From: Hypanus sabinus
Taxonomy: Eukaryota
Direction of reading: 5' to 3'
Length of the DNA stretch: 64,000 nt
Assembly (NCBI RefSeq): GCF_030144855.1
Contig: NC_082722.1
Span: 19,592,001 to 19,656,000, forward strand
Part shown: piece by piece, positions 38,740-50,080 of the stretch
Position numbering within the stretch: the stretch's first letter is position 1
Layout of the letters: each line of letters starts with the position of its first letter
Position numbers and translations under genes: made by a program
Notes under the pieces: generated by a model
Told to the model about the DNA's origin: nothing
The model's database searches: none
Seen by the model: only the letters and a program-made list of their open reading frames with translations

Positions 38740-41700
38740 GTTACGGTGAGTGGGTGGGCTGGAGATCTGATGTTACCGTCAGTCAGATAAGTCACAGTTT
38801 TATTGACTGGCAAAACATGTTCGACTTGCCAGGTGCTCTGCTTGTCATAGTCCCTTCTGGCAATCCCCCACCGGGCTATTTCCCTCAGGGATTGGGCGTC
38901 AATCCCCTCGTTTAGTTTCCAATCATTCCCAGGTGCCACTAACTACACACCTGCTTTCCATCAGCAAATTCAGGATAAAAACCCTGTGATCACAACAAGG
39001 AGCTGCCAGTTCGTTGGTCGACTCCAGTGTGAGTAACCTTGTTTCATAGTTTTTAGGACTGTCAGTTCTTAGTCTAGAATCGCTCCTGGATACCGATTCC
39101 AGGCTCGCTACGTCAAGACCGCGTCCCGACTGTGCTTCCGCGCCCGTGTTCTGCACTTGCGTTTATCTGTATTCTCGCTGGTGTAACAGAATGAACTGCC
39201 TATAATGAACCCAGCGGCACGGATCCCGTACAACAGGCCCTCGCCAATCAGGGCTACCTACTGGGTGCCCATGGCCAACTACTTAGGGAGGTCACGGAAA
39301 AACTTTCCAACGCTGCCCACGAAGGTCAGTGAGCAGGCGGATCAAGTTTCGTCTTCACTTTCTCTGTTCTCTCCAAGAATCCCGACTACCAAAACCGCAG
39401 CTCTCCAAATGGCGTCACCCCTGTGACCAGCAGCACAGTCCTCTCGAAAGTCATACATCCCCGAGCCCGAACCCTAGTCTGGGGACCTTGGGAGGTGCCG
39501 GGCCTTCCTGTTACAATGCTCTCTGGTCTTTGAGCTACAGCCACGTACCCGCACTTCAGGTAAATCCAAGATTGCGTACATCATGGGGCACTTACGTGGG
39601 TGGGGGAATGCTGGGCTTGGACAATCGTGAGATGGGATAACTGACCAGAGGTTTGTTTCTCCTTCCCCTCCTTTTTTGCTGGAATGAGGAAGGTCTTCGA
39701 ACAACTCATGAGTGGTAAGAACGCAACCAAGCGCTTGCTGACTCTCAGTCAGGGTTCGCGAAGCGTAGCAATGTATTACATCGAATTCCGGACTTTAACC
39801 GCAGACTCAGGGTGGAATGGCGAGGCGATATGACAGGTGATTCGACAGGGCCTCATGGACAAGATAAAGGATGGACTGGGCAACGAGGACACAGACCCTC
39901 ATCACTCTCTGATCTCGCTAACCACTAGATTAGATAATCAACCTCAAGAGCGGGTGAGAGAATTAACTTGTCGCCCCGCTGCACGGGGAAGCCCACGGTC
40001 CACCTGATCAGTCCCAGCCAGCCTCCCTTCCCCTGCTGTTCCAAGTGTAGCTCCTGCTCCGAACAACCTCACCACCCTGGGGGAGGAACCGATGCAGCTG
40101 GGACGGAACCGGCTCTTCCCGGCAGAACGACTTCGCAGGTGGAGATCTGGGGATTGTTTCTATTGTAGCCAGCCAGGACGTTTCCCGGATTTCTGCTCTC
40201 AGCGGCCAAAAGGGAGGGCGCAGTGGAAAAGGAGGATAACTGGTTAGCCGGACGATGCTCCCTTCAGTCCCCCAGACTCGGATGCAGATCTCGGCTACCG
40301 CAAATTACCAACGACAGTCTCCGTCCCTATCCGCTATGGTGGATTCCGGTGCCGAGGGCAACCTGCTGGGCGAAGACATAGTTCCTCAGACTGGAATACT
40401 TCGGGAGCCACTAACTACCCCTCTGGTGGTCCAGGCCTTGGACGGAATACTGCTGGCTCGGGTGACCCACTGTACGCAATCCCTGACCTTGATTCTATCT
40501 GGCAACCATCGGAGGAAGGTGCGATTCGTTCACCTCAGGTCTCATTCGTTCACCTCAGGCTCCGGACGATCTCGGTTATCAATGGCTGACCCAACACAAT
40601 CCCCACATTGACTGGTCCACTGGGAGGATAGCCAAATGGAGACAGTCTTGCCACGCCAACAGTTTGCGGTCAGCCCCATCTCCCAGGGAAGCTACCGCGA
40701 CTCTGCCTGCCCCGGAACCCCTCGAATTGACCCGAGTCCCCACAGAATACCATGACCTGGGATCGCTATTCAGAAAACAATGGGCGCTTACCCTGCCTCC
40801 GCCAATAAGATTGTGCCATCGACCTTCTCCCGGGGGCCTCGCTCCCCACCAGTCGCCTTTTTTAACCTATCCCGACAGGAGAGAGAGGCCATGGAGAAGT
40901 ACATTAGCAAATCCCTCGCGGAGGGCATTATCAGACCATCATCTTCCCCGGTAGGCGCCGGTTTCTTCTTTGTGGAAAATAAGGACGGGTCGCTTCGTCC
41001 TTGTATTGATTACGGAGCCTAAACAGCATAAGAGGTAAGAATAATTACCCTTTACCCCTCATTTTTTGGCTTTTGAACCACTGCCTGGAGCCACCATTTT
41101 CTCAAAGCTTCGGAACGCTTACCATATAGGCAGGGGACCAGTGGAAGACGGCTTTTAGTAAACCTCTGGGCCACTTTGAATATTTGGTCATGCTGTTTGG
41201 TCTCACCAATGCTCCAGCCGTTTTACAAGCCCTCATTAATGACGTACTGAGGGACTTTGTTCATCGTTTCGTATTGGTTTATCTCGATGATATCCTGATA
41301 TTTAATAGCACCCCCCGCCCCACGAACACGTTCACCATGTCCGTCAAGTCCTCCAGAGACTGTGGGAAAACCAATTATTTGTGAAGGTGGAGAAATGTGA
41401 GTTCCACGTTCCTTCGGTCAGCTTCCTGGGTTCTATCATCGAGAGCAGGCAGGTTAGATCAGACCCTGAGAAGATCCAGGAAGTGGAAGAATGGCCTAGG
41501 ACCATGACCCGCAAACAACTTCAAAGATTCCTGGGGTCTGCAAACTTCTACCGCCGATTCATCAGATACTACAGTCGACTGGCGCCCCCCCTTACCCTGC
41601 TTACCTCGCCTACTACCCCCTTCTTTTGGGGCTCCGAAGCTGACTTGGCGTTCACCGACCTGAAGAGGCGTTCACCACTGCTCCTATCCTGGTCCATCCA

Positions 41701-42274
41701 GATCCAGCCCCTCAATTTATTGTCGAGGTGGACGCCTCTAATTCCGGGATAGGGGTAGTCCTGTCCCAACTATCAAGTTCAGAAGAAAAGCTTCACCGTG
41801 TGCCTTCTATTCTCGCCGACTGTCCCCCGCCGAGCGGAATTACGGCGTGCGGAATCGGGAACTCCTGGCGGTCATTCTAGCATTGGAAAAACCCCCTTCC
41901 TCTCAAGAAACCGCAGATCTCCTCGTCCACCAGGTCTTTCGCCTCCATGTAATCTCAACAGACATGGTCTCCAATGGAGGTCCCCAGTTTATCTCACAGG
42001 TATGGAAAGCCTTCAGACAAGCCTTAGATACCTCGGTCAGCCTGTCATCCGCCTTCCACCCCCAGACGAATTGGCTGACGGAACGAGTCAACCTGCGTTA
42101 TATAACGGCAAACAACCTGTCGACCTGGAGCGACCACTTCCCGTGGGTTGAATACACCCTCAACTCTCTGCTGAGCTCTGCCACTGGAAACTCTCTATTC
42201 GAGTGTTCTAGGGTATCAACACCCCGCTGTTCCCCGTGCAAAAGGAGGAGATTGCAGTACTATCTGTCCAAGAC
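38740..42274 (+). mobile_element. Ty3/Gypsy (chromovirus, sushi-like) LTR retrotransposon, 5' portion: LTR, gag, protease, RT, RNase H, integrase (degenerate)
   Basis: LTR-like block ending TGTAACA at 39188. Protease AMVDSGAEGNLL; [27 protein letters not shown] and YLDDILIF; integrase DMVSNGGPQFISQVWKAF...HPQTN. Frameshifted, with an internal deletion near 41890. Confidence 0.9.
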
Positions 42275-45200
42275 GTGGAAAGCCGCCAGTGAGTGAGCGG
42301 GCAAGTGAAGGGGTGGAGATTTGAATCTTGGACCCGAGAGACTTCGACGAGAAGAAGCGGAGGACGAGTTTGTTAGTATTGAGAATGCCTCCTGAGACGG
42401 TGATGTGCCTCTCCTGTGAGATGTGGCAGTCTTAGGTGAACTCCCCTCTATCGCAGAGCCACATCTGCTAGAAGTGCATGCGGCTGTAGATCTGGAAGAC
42501 CCTGTCAGGAAGCTGGAGCAGCAGCTGGATGACCTTCGACTCATAGGGGAAAATGAGGCAGACATAGATGAGAGATACAGGGAGGTATTCACTCCTGGGC
42601 TGTCGGAAGCAGGTCGTTGGGTGACAGTCAGAGGGGAAAGCGAAGGTAAGTAGACAGGTAGTGCAGAGCACCCGTGTAACCATTCCCCTGAATGATAAGT
42701 ATATCGTCCTGGATACTGTTGGCGAGGACGACCGACCAGGTGTGAGCCACGGTGACAGGGCCTCAGGCACTGTCTGACCCTGTGGTGCAGAAGGATGGGA
42801 CGGAGCAGAGGAGAGCTGTCGTCATTGGAGACCCAATATTCAGGGGAGCAGACAGGAGATTATATGGACGTGAGAAGGACACCCGCATGGTTTGCTGCCT
42901 CCCGGGTGCCAGGGTCCGGGATGTCTCTGACCGGCTGCATTACATCCTGTTACGAGAGGAAAAGCAACCAGAAGCCGGGATACATGTTGGTACAAACGAC
43001 ATAGGCAGGAAGAGGGATGAGGTCCTGAAGTGCGAGTTTCGGGAACTAGGCAGAAGGCTGAAGAACAGGATCTCAAGGGAGGCGTTCTCAGGTTTGCTGC
43101 CAGTGCTACGTGATAGTGATGGTAAGAATTGGAGGAGATGGCAGTTGAATGCGTGGCTGAGGAGTTGGTGCATGGGGCAGGCATTTAGATTTTTGGATCA
43201 CTGGGATCTCTTCTGGGGAAGGTGGGACTTGGACAGATTGGATGGATTGCACTTGACCTCGAGGGTGAGCAATATCCTTGCAGGTATGTTTGCTAGCATG
43301 GCTCGGGAGGGTTTGGACCTGGAGCGATAGAGCAGTGAAAGAAATGCATTGAGTAAAGCCAGATCTAACCTATAGAGAGGCGTTGAGGAAAGAGAAGCAA
43401 AATTAAGGGTGTAACGGTAGTAAGGTAGAAGGGCTATAGTGTGTGTACTTCAATGCAAGAAGCATCAGGAGCAAAGGTGATGAACTGAGAGCTCGGATAC
43501 ATGCATGGAATTATGAAGTAGTGCCCATTACGGAGAGTTGGCTGGAACCAAGTCAGGAATGGATTCTCAATATTCCTGGATTTCAGGGCTTTAAAGGGGA
43601 TAGAGACGGGGGAAGAGGGGAGTAGGGCTGACATTACTGGTCAGGGATACTATTCCAGCTGCAGAATGAGTGGGTAATGTAGCAGGATACTCTTTTGAGT
43701 TAGTATGGGTGGAAGGCAGGAACAGAAAGTGAGCAGTTACTCGACTGGGGGTATTCTAAAGGCCCCCTGGTAGCAGCAGAGATACTGAGGAGCAGATTGG
43801 GAGCAGATTTTGCAAAGGTTCAAAATTAACAAGGTTGTTATCATGGGTGACTTTAACTTCCCTGATATTAATTGGCACTTGTTTAGTTCCAAGGGTTTAG
43901 ATGGGGCAGAGTTTGTTAAGTGTGTCCAGGATGGATTCCTGTCACAGTATATTGACAGGCCGACTAAGGGAAATGCCATACTAGATCTAGTATTAGGTAA
44001 CGAACTGGGTCAGGTCACCAATCTGTCACTGATTGAGCATCTGGGAGACAGTGATCACATCTCCCTGGCATTACCATGGAAAAGGATAGAATCAGAAAGG
44101 ACAGGATTTTTTTAAATTGGGGAAGGGTAAATTCTGAGGAGATAAGGCTAGAACTTGCGGGTGTGAATTGGGATGATGTTTTTGCAGGGAAATGTACTGT
44201 AGACATATGGTCGATGTTTAAGGATCTCTTGCAGGATGTAGGGATAAATGTGTGTGGTGAGGAAGATAAAGAATGGTAAGGTCAAGGAACCATGGGTGAA
44301 AAGTGAGTTGGAAAATCTAGTCAGGTGGAAGAAGTCAGCATACATGAGGTTTAGGAAGAAAGGATTATATGGGTCTATTGAGGAATATATAGTCGCAAGA
44401 AGGGAGCTTAGGAAGAGGCTGAGAAGAGCAAGAAGGGGTCATGCGAACGCTTTGGCGAGTATGGTAAAAGAAACCCGCCAGACATTCTTCAATTATGTGA
44501 AGAACAAAAGGATGGCAGGAGTGGAGGTAGGACAGATTAAAGATAAAAGTGGGGAGATGTGCCTGAAGGCTGTGGACGTGAGCGAGGTCCTCAATGAATA
44601 CTTCTCTTCGGTATTCACCACTGAGAGGGAACTTGATGACGGTGAGGACAATATGAGTGAGTTTGATGTTCTGGAGCATGTTGATATTAAGGGAGAGGAG
44701 GTGTTGGAGTTGTTAAAATACATTAGGACAGATAAGTCCCCGTGGCCTCAGGCAATATTCCCCAGGCTGCTCCACAAGGGTAGGGAAGAGATTGATGAGC
44801 CTTTGGCTAGGATCGTTATGTCCTCGTTGTCCACCGGAATGGTAGGAACCGGAGGATTGGAGGTAGGCGAATGTTGTCGCCTTGTTGAAAAAAGTTAGTA
44901 GGGATAGTCCGGGTAATTATATTGAGTCTTTGAGACTTACGTCTGTGGTGGGAAAGTTGTTGGAGAAGATTCTTAGAGATAGGATCTGTGGGCATTTAGA
45001 GAAGCATGGTCCGATCAGGAACTGAGCATGGCTTTGTGAAGGGTAGATCGTGTCTAAAAAGCCTGATAGAGTTCTTTGAGGAAGTGACCAGGCATATAGA
45101 TGAGGGCAGTGCAGTGGATGTGATCTACATGGATTTTAGTAAGGCATTTGACAAGGTTCCACACGGTAGGCTTATACAAAAAGTAAGAAGGCATGGGATA

Positions 45201-46272
45201 CAGGGAGATTTGGCCAAATGGATTCAGAATTGGCTTGCCTGCAGAAGGCAGAGGGTTGTGTTGGAGGGAGTACATTCATATTGGAGGGTTTTGACGAGTT
45301 GTGTCCCACAAGAATCTGTCCTGGGACCTCTACATTTTCGTGATTTTTATTAACGACCTGGATGTGAGGGTCGAAGGGTGGGTTGGCAAGTATGCAGAGG
45401 ACACAAAGTTTGGTGGTGTTGTAGATAGTGTTGAGGATAGTGGAAGATTGCAGAGAGACATTGATAGGATGCAGAAGTGGGCTGGGAAGTGGCAGATGGA
45501 TTTCAACCCGGAGAAGTGTGAGGTGGTACACTTTGGAAGGACAAACTCCAAAGCAGAGTAGAATTTAAATGGCAGAATACTTTTTAGTGTGGAGGAGTAG
45601 AGGGATCTGGGGTACATGTCCACAGATCCCTGAAAGTTGCCTCACAGGTAGAGAGAGTATTTAAGAAAAGTTATGTGGTATTAGCTTTCGTAAGTCGAAG
45701 GATAGAGTTTAAGAAACGCGATGTAATGATGCAGCTCTATAAAGGTCTAGTTAGTCTACACTTGGAGTACTTTGTACAGTTCTGGTCGCATCACTATAGG
45801 AAGGATGTGGAAGTATAGGAAGTGGTATAGAGGAGATTTACCAGGATGCTGCCTGATTTAGAGAATATGGATAATGATCAGAGATTAAGAGAGCTAGGGC
45901 TTTACTCTTTGGAGAGAAGGAGGATGAGAGGAGACATGATAGATGTGTAGAAGATATTAAGAGGAATAGACAGAGTGGACAGTCAGCGCCTCGTCCACAG
46001 GGCACCACTGCTCAGTACAAGGGGACATGGCTTTACGCATAAGGGGAGGGAAGTTCAAGGCTGATATTAGAGCAAGGTTTTTCACAGAGCGTGGTTGGTA
46101 CGTGGAATGTACTGCTTGAGTCAGTGGTGGAGGCAGATGCACTAGTTAAGTTTAAGATACTACTAGATAGGTTAATGGGGTAATTTAAGGTGGGGGGGTT
46201 ATATGGGAGGCAAGGATTGCGGGTCTGCACAATATTGTGGGCCGAAGGGCCTGTAATGTGATGTACTATTCT

Positions 46273-47115
46273 TTTTTTTTATTTCTCACAATTTGTTCAA
46301 CTTGCTCACAAAACAGGAGGAGCTCAAAAACAATAACAAGTCCAATAATCAACACAATTAGCAGAACAGCATGAAAAAACATTGTTCTACAAACGTGGAA
46401 ACCTCTGAGTATGGATTATTTCTTCAAAGGCAAAATGAAACTGATGAAAAATGAAAGGTAAGGTTACAAAAATCTCAGGCTTAACAGAAGTCAGGACTTA
46501 GTAGTGGTGTTTCTCTTTTTTCAGGAACATCTCTTTTTTTGTATTTGAATACAACCGTCGTTTTAAGATAGCAGATGCCAATTCGACAATTGTGGTTAGA
46601 GACAAGCCACTCAGAAAACATTTGATATTTGCCTTTACTTCTTTTAATGCTTCAATAATATCATTCCTGTTTCCTTCAGGGTTCGATTCCAAGAGAATGT
46701 TCATTAGTTTGTTGAAACTACTCAAATTAGGAGAATTTGGGGGAATGAATGTTCCTTTTGCTTTAGGGGTGTCTTATAGACACTGCATCTGTTTATATGT
46801 CCGTCTGTTCATTTTATGAGAAGCTGCATAATGAATCTTTGTTAATTCAGAAATAGATTCCCATTGTCTGTCCGCTTTGAATTTGGTATTCCTTGTAGCA
46901 TGGTCATGCATCAGCTGGTGTTCCTTCAGTAGGGGCTGAGAATGATTTTTAAGTACAGATAACATGTGATCTCCTGAGATTTTTACCATATGGACTTTAA
47001 TGGGCATTCTATGATATTCTCTTCCTTTTATTTCATCCACTGCTAACTTGGCAAAGTCGGGAGAGTCAACTTTCAGTACAGCACACATGAAATCATTGCT
47101 GGAGAATTCACAATG
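46273..47115 (-). pseudogene. RBM44: Processed RBM44-like retrocopy, 3' part (RRM C-half, C-terminal domain, 3'UTR, poly(A))
   Basis: AVL...AKLAVDEIKGRE...IKVHMVKISG and FIPPNSPNLSSFNKLMNILLESNPEGNRNDIIEALKEVK...FLSGLSLTTIVELASAILK match my recollection of the vertebrate RBM44 RRM and C-terminus. No introns, an in-frame stop near 46774, and AATAAA plus A-run at ~46273-46283. Not database-verified. Confidence 0.85.
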
Positions 47116-47693
47116 TGGATATTGCACAGAGCATTTTTGGAGATCTGGGGTTCCCAGGATTTGAAGTAGACACTGGCAATGCAACTGCGTTATCCTCTGC
47201 TTTACAAGAGCTTAAAGATAACTATGAGAGCATAAGGAAGGAAGTGCTAGAATGAATATCTTTGGTCAGTCTCACTTTGCTATCTGTTGAGTTAAGGAGT
47301 CTGCAATGTGCTACATTTGTTCCGGCTATGTTGGGCGATAAATCATCCTCTTCTCAGGATAAAAGCTGATTGAATTATAGAAATGAAGTGGCTTTGATTG
47401 AAGAACTCCCTTGTGAAGACCTAACTAGAAAGAATTGTGGGGATGATGAAAAGCCTGGAGAGCAACCTGAGGAACTACGTTGGGATCTTAATCAGCATGT
47501 GTCATATAAAGCCGGCAGTGTTTGTGAAGAGACAGTAAATCAAGCCAAGGACCTTGAAGTAACTGGTGACTGGTTTGATGCAGAAGAGAATTTTGTTTCC
47601 CCTGGTCACCCTGAACCAACAGACGGGAAGGTGAATGATCAAGGTGGAGCTGTAGCATCAATGGGTAAACCAAGAAGCAATGAATGTGTTGAA
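47116..47693 (+). pseudogene. RBM44: RBM44-like retrocopy, inverted 5' part
   Basis: ALSSALQELKDNYESIRKEVLE*ISLVSLTLLSVELRSL...DWFDAEENF resembles the RBM44 segment upstream of the RRM. It has two in-frame TGA stops and lies in the opposite orientation to the 3' part. The junction position is approximate. Confidence 0.7.
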
Positions 47694-47722
47694 GTGCTGT
47701 ACTATTCTATGTGTACTATTCT

Positions 47723-48240
47723 AAGACCATATCGATCGGTGCCTTAAGGTTTGGGAGGAGACATGCACGGCCCTACTCAGATCAGCAAAACACTATAAGA
47801 ACGCGGCTCACCGACACCGGACTCCAGCACCTGAGTTCCAACCAGGGCAGATGGTGTGGCTTGCATCCAATGACATCCCGCTCAAGAGCTAGCATAGGAA
47901 ACTCGCCTCTCGGTTGCTGGGACCATTCAAGGTCGAAAGTGTTATCAATCCTGACTGATTCAGGCGCTACGCCTGAAACTGCCAACATCTATGCGCATCC
48001 ACCCGACTTTTCAATTTTCCCAGTAAAAGCAAGTTTCCGTCAGCCTTTTGTGCCTTCCGGCTGAGTCTCCCCACCTGTGCGTATCATCGACAACCATCTG
48101 GCATGCACCGTTCGAAGACTACTCGATGTGCGCAGTAGGGGCAGGGCTTTCCAATTCCTGGTAGTTTAGGAAGAGTATGGTCCAGAAGAGAGTTCCTGGG
48201 CCGCCGCTCCTTCATCCTAGACCCTTCCCTCATCCAGGAT
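47723..48240 (+). mobile_element. Continuation of the same Gypsy element (integrase C-terminus and chromodomain), 3'-truncated
   Basis: The frame SVQD|HIDRCLKVWEE rejoins across the CR1 insertion. A chromodomain-like [25 protein letters not shown] follows. No 3' LTR seen. Confidence 0.8.
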
Positions 48241-49289
48241 GGTAAAGTCTCTTCTCATTTGAGCCACATCCAGCATCTCACTGTAGCAGGCACATTGAGC
48301 AGCTCCAGATTTTGTGTCTAAGCCAAAACTGCGTGTTATTCTATTGTCGGCATTATTCTAATAGTTAGAAATAAACTCATTGGCTTTTTAAAATGTACAC
48401 CTGTATAACTGCTCGTTAACGCAAATATCCAGTCAGGCATATACGTGGCAGCAAAGCGATGCGTAAAAGCATGCAGGCATGGCCAAAAAGAACAGTTGTT
48501 ATTCGGACCAAACGGCAGAATGGGGAAGAACTTCGATCCTAATGATTTTGGCAGTGGAATTATTGTGGTGCCAGAGGAGGTAATTTGATATCTCAGAAAC
48601 TTTGATCGGCTGAAATATTCATGAACAACAGTCTCTAAAGATTGAAGAGAATGGTACAAAAACACGAAAAAGCATCAAGTGAGTGACACCCTGTGAGCAA
48701 GAACTCATTGTTAATGAGAGAGATCTGGAGTCTGACTCGACTGGTTCAATCTGACAGGAAGGCGACAGTTAACACGTATTACAACACGGGTGTGCAGAAG
48801 AGTATCTCTGAAAGATCACAAAGATACACAAATACACTCAGTTACACTTTATTGGATACTTCATGTACTTAATAAATTTGTCAATGCGATTATCGTGTCG
48901 CCGGATGTGAATTCATTTGCGCCACTGATAGCAGTTATCTAAATTTTATGCAGACTTCACCGGAGGAACGCATTTCCTACGCATGCTATTGAGTTAGTCA
49001 TTGTTCAGATTGTACCGAAAGAACATTTCTTTTTAACAATGATGGATATGAATAACAACTTCACTTTCCATTCCGAGATTAGGAATCGTGGTCCTTGAAT
49101 TTATTTTCAGAACACGTGGACAATTTATTAATAATAATGGAACCAGGAATGCCTCTGAATTTTCCCGTTCCATTACAGCATGTGTCAATTATTCAAGGAC
49201 AGGGCATGTTTCTCACATTTTGGTTGTCTCGATTTTGTTCTTTAGTCTGTGCTACCGTAGTGCAGTTCATAGCAAAACTGCACTAACGG

Positions 49290-50080
49290 CGACTCCATTG
49301 CTTGCACCTTCGGAAGCAGCGCTGTTTCTATCCTTTTTACCCTTTTTCAGGGGACACTGACCTGGAGTTACACGCGGACATGGTTTTCTGCGGACATGGT
49401 TTTCTGCGGAAATGGGATTCGCTCTCAGGGCCTCACAAGCGGCCGTTTTTAGATATGCCAAGGACGCGGTCTGGAAGAGTAGCATGCCGTCAAGGTACCG
49501 GATTTTCGTGGATTTGGAGACGAGCTAATTCAAGGCCGGTGCCGCTGCCTGATGGGTGTACATAGAAGATTGATAGCAGCGAACTGGCTGTTGGCTGTGT
49601 GCCCAGAGATCCGAGTTCTCTGGGCAGAGAGCTCGGAAAAAGTAAGGCAACAGACTTTTAAAACAAAGAATCAGCAAATTTTCTTGTTATGTCTCCCCTT
49701 TCGCTGCGAAACGTGGACATCAATTTTTCCCTTATTAGGGAGAGAGAGAGAGAGAGCTGTGGGATGTCGAAAACCGACCGAACGAGTGGTGTTTGGGAAA
49801 CCACACGTCTGTCTTTCTTGATGCTTTGCTGCACGCTTGAATGTTCGACTGGGGATGCAGATGCTTTTCTGTTGTTATGTGGAGGGTGCTCGTTCCTTTT
49901 CTACTGCTATGCGTGGGAAAGGTAAGCTGGGCGGGGGAGGCGCTTTGTGTTTCTAACTTTTAACTGTCATTCATTCTTTGGGACACTGCACTGTTTTCGT
50001 GAATATTTGTGAAGGAAAAGAATTTCAAGGTGTATATTACATATATTTCCCTGATTTTAAATATCCACTTAAAACCTATT
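49290..50080 (+). repeat. Unclassified interspersed repeat, with 3' copies at ~6560-6810 and ~60620-60820
   Basis: Shared tail tttaactgtcattcattctttggg...ctgttttc(a/g)tg...gaagaaaa...tttcaggatgtatattgt in three places. Confidence 0.6.

Larger units (their letters stand above)
42275..47722 (+). mobile_element. Near full-length CR1 LINE (ORF1 with SGNH esterase-like domain; ORF2 endonuclease/RT, degenerate); 46273-47693 is the inserted retrocopy
   Basis: ORF 42752-43330 (VIGDPIFRG...CLPGARV...IHVGTNDIG); endonuclease YFNARSI...MGDFNFPDINW; RT DFSKAFDKVPH...; typical tail gggccgaagggcctg...tactattct; 5-bp TSD aagac at 42270-42274 and 47723-47727. Confidence 0.92.

Noticed and set aside
49111-49290. 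N-glycosylation-rich frame with a hydrophobic end (GPI-anchor-like)
   Set aside because: No upstream exon found; the frame runs into a repeat.
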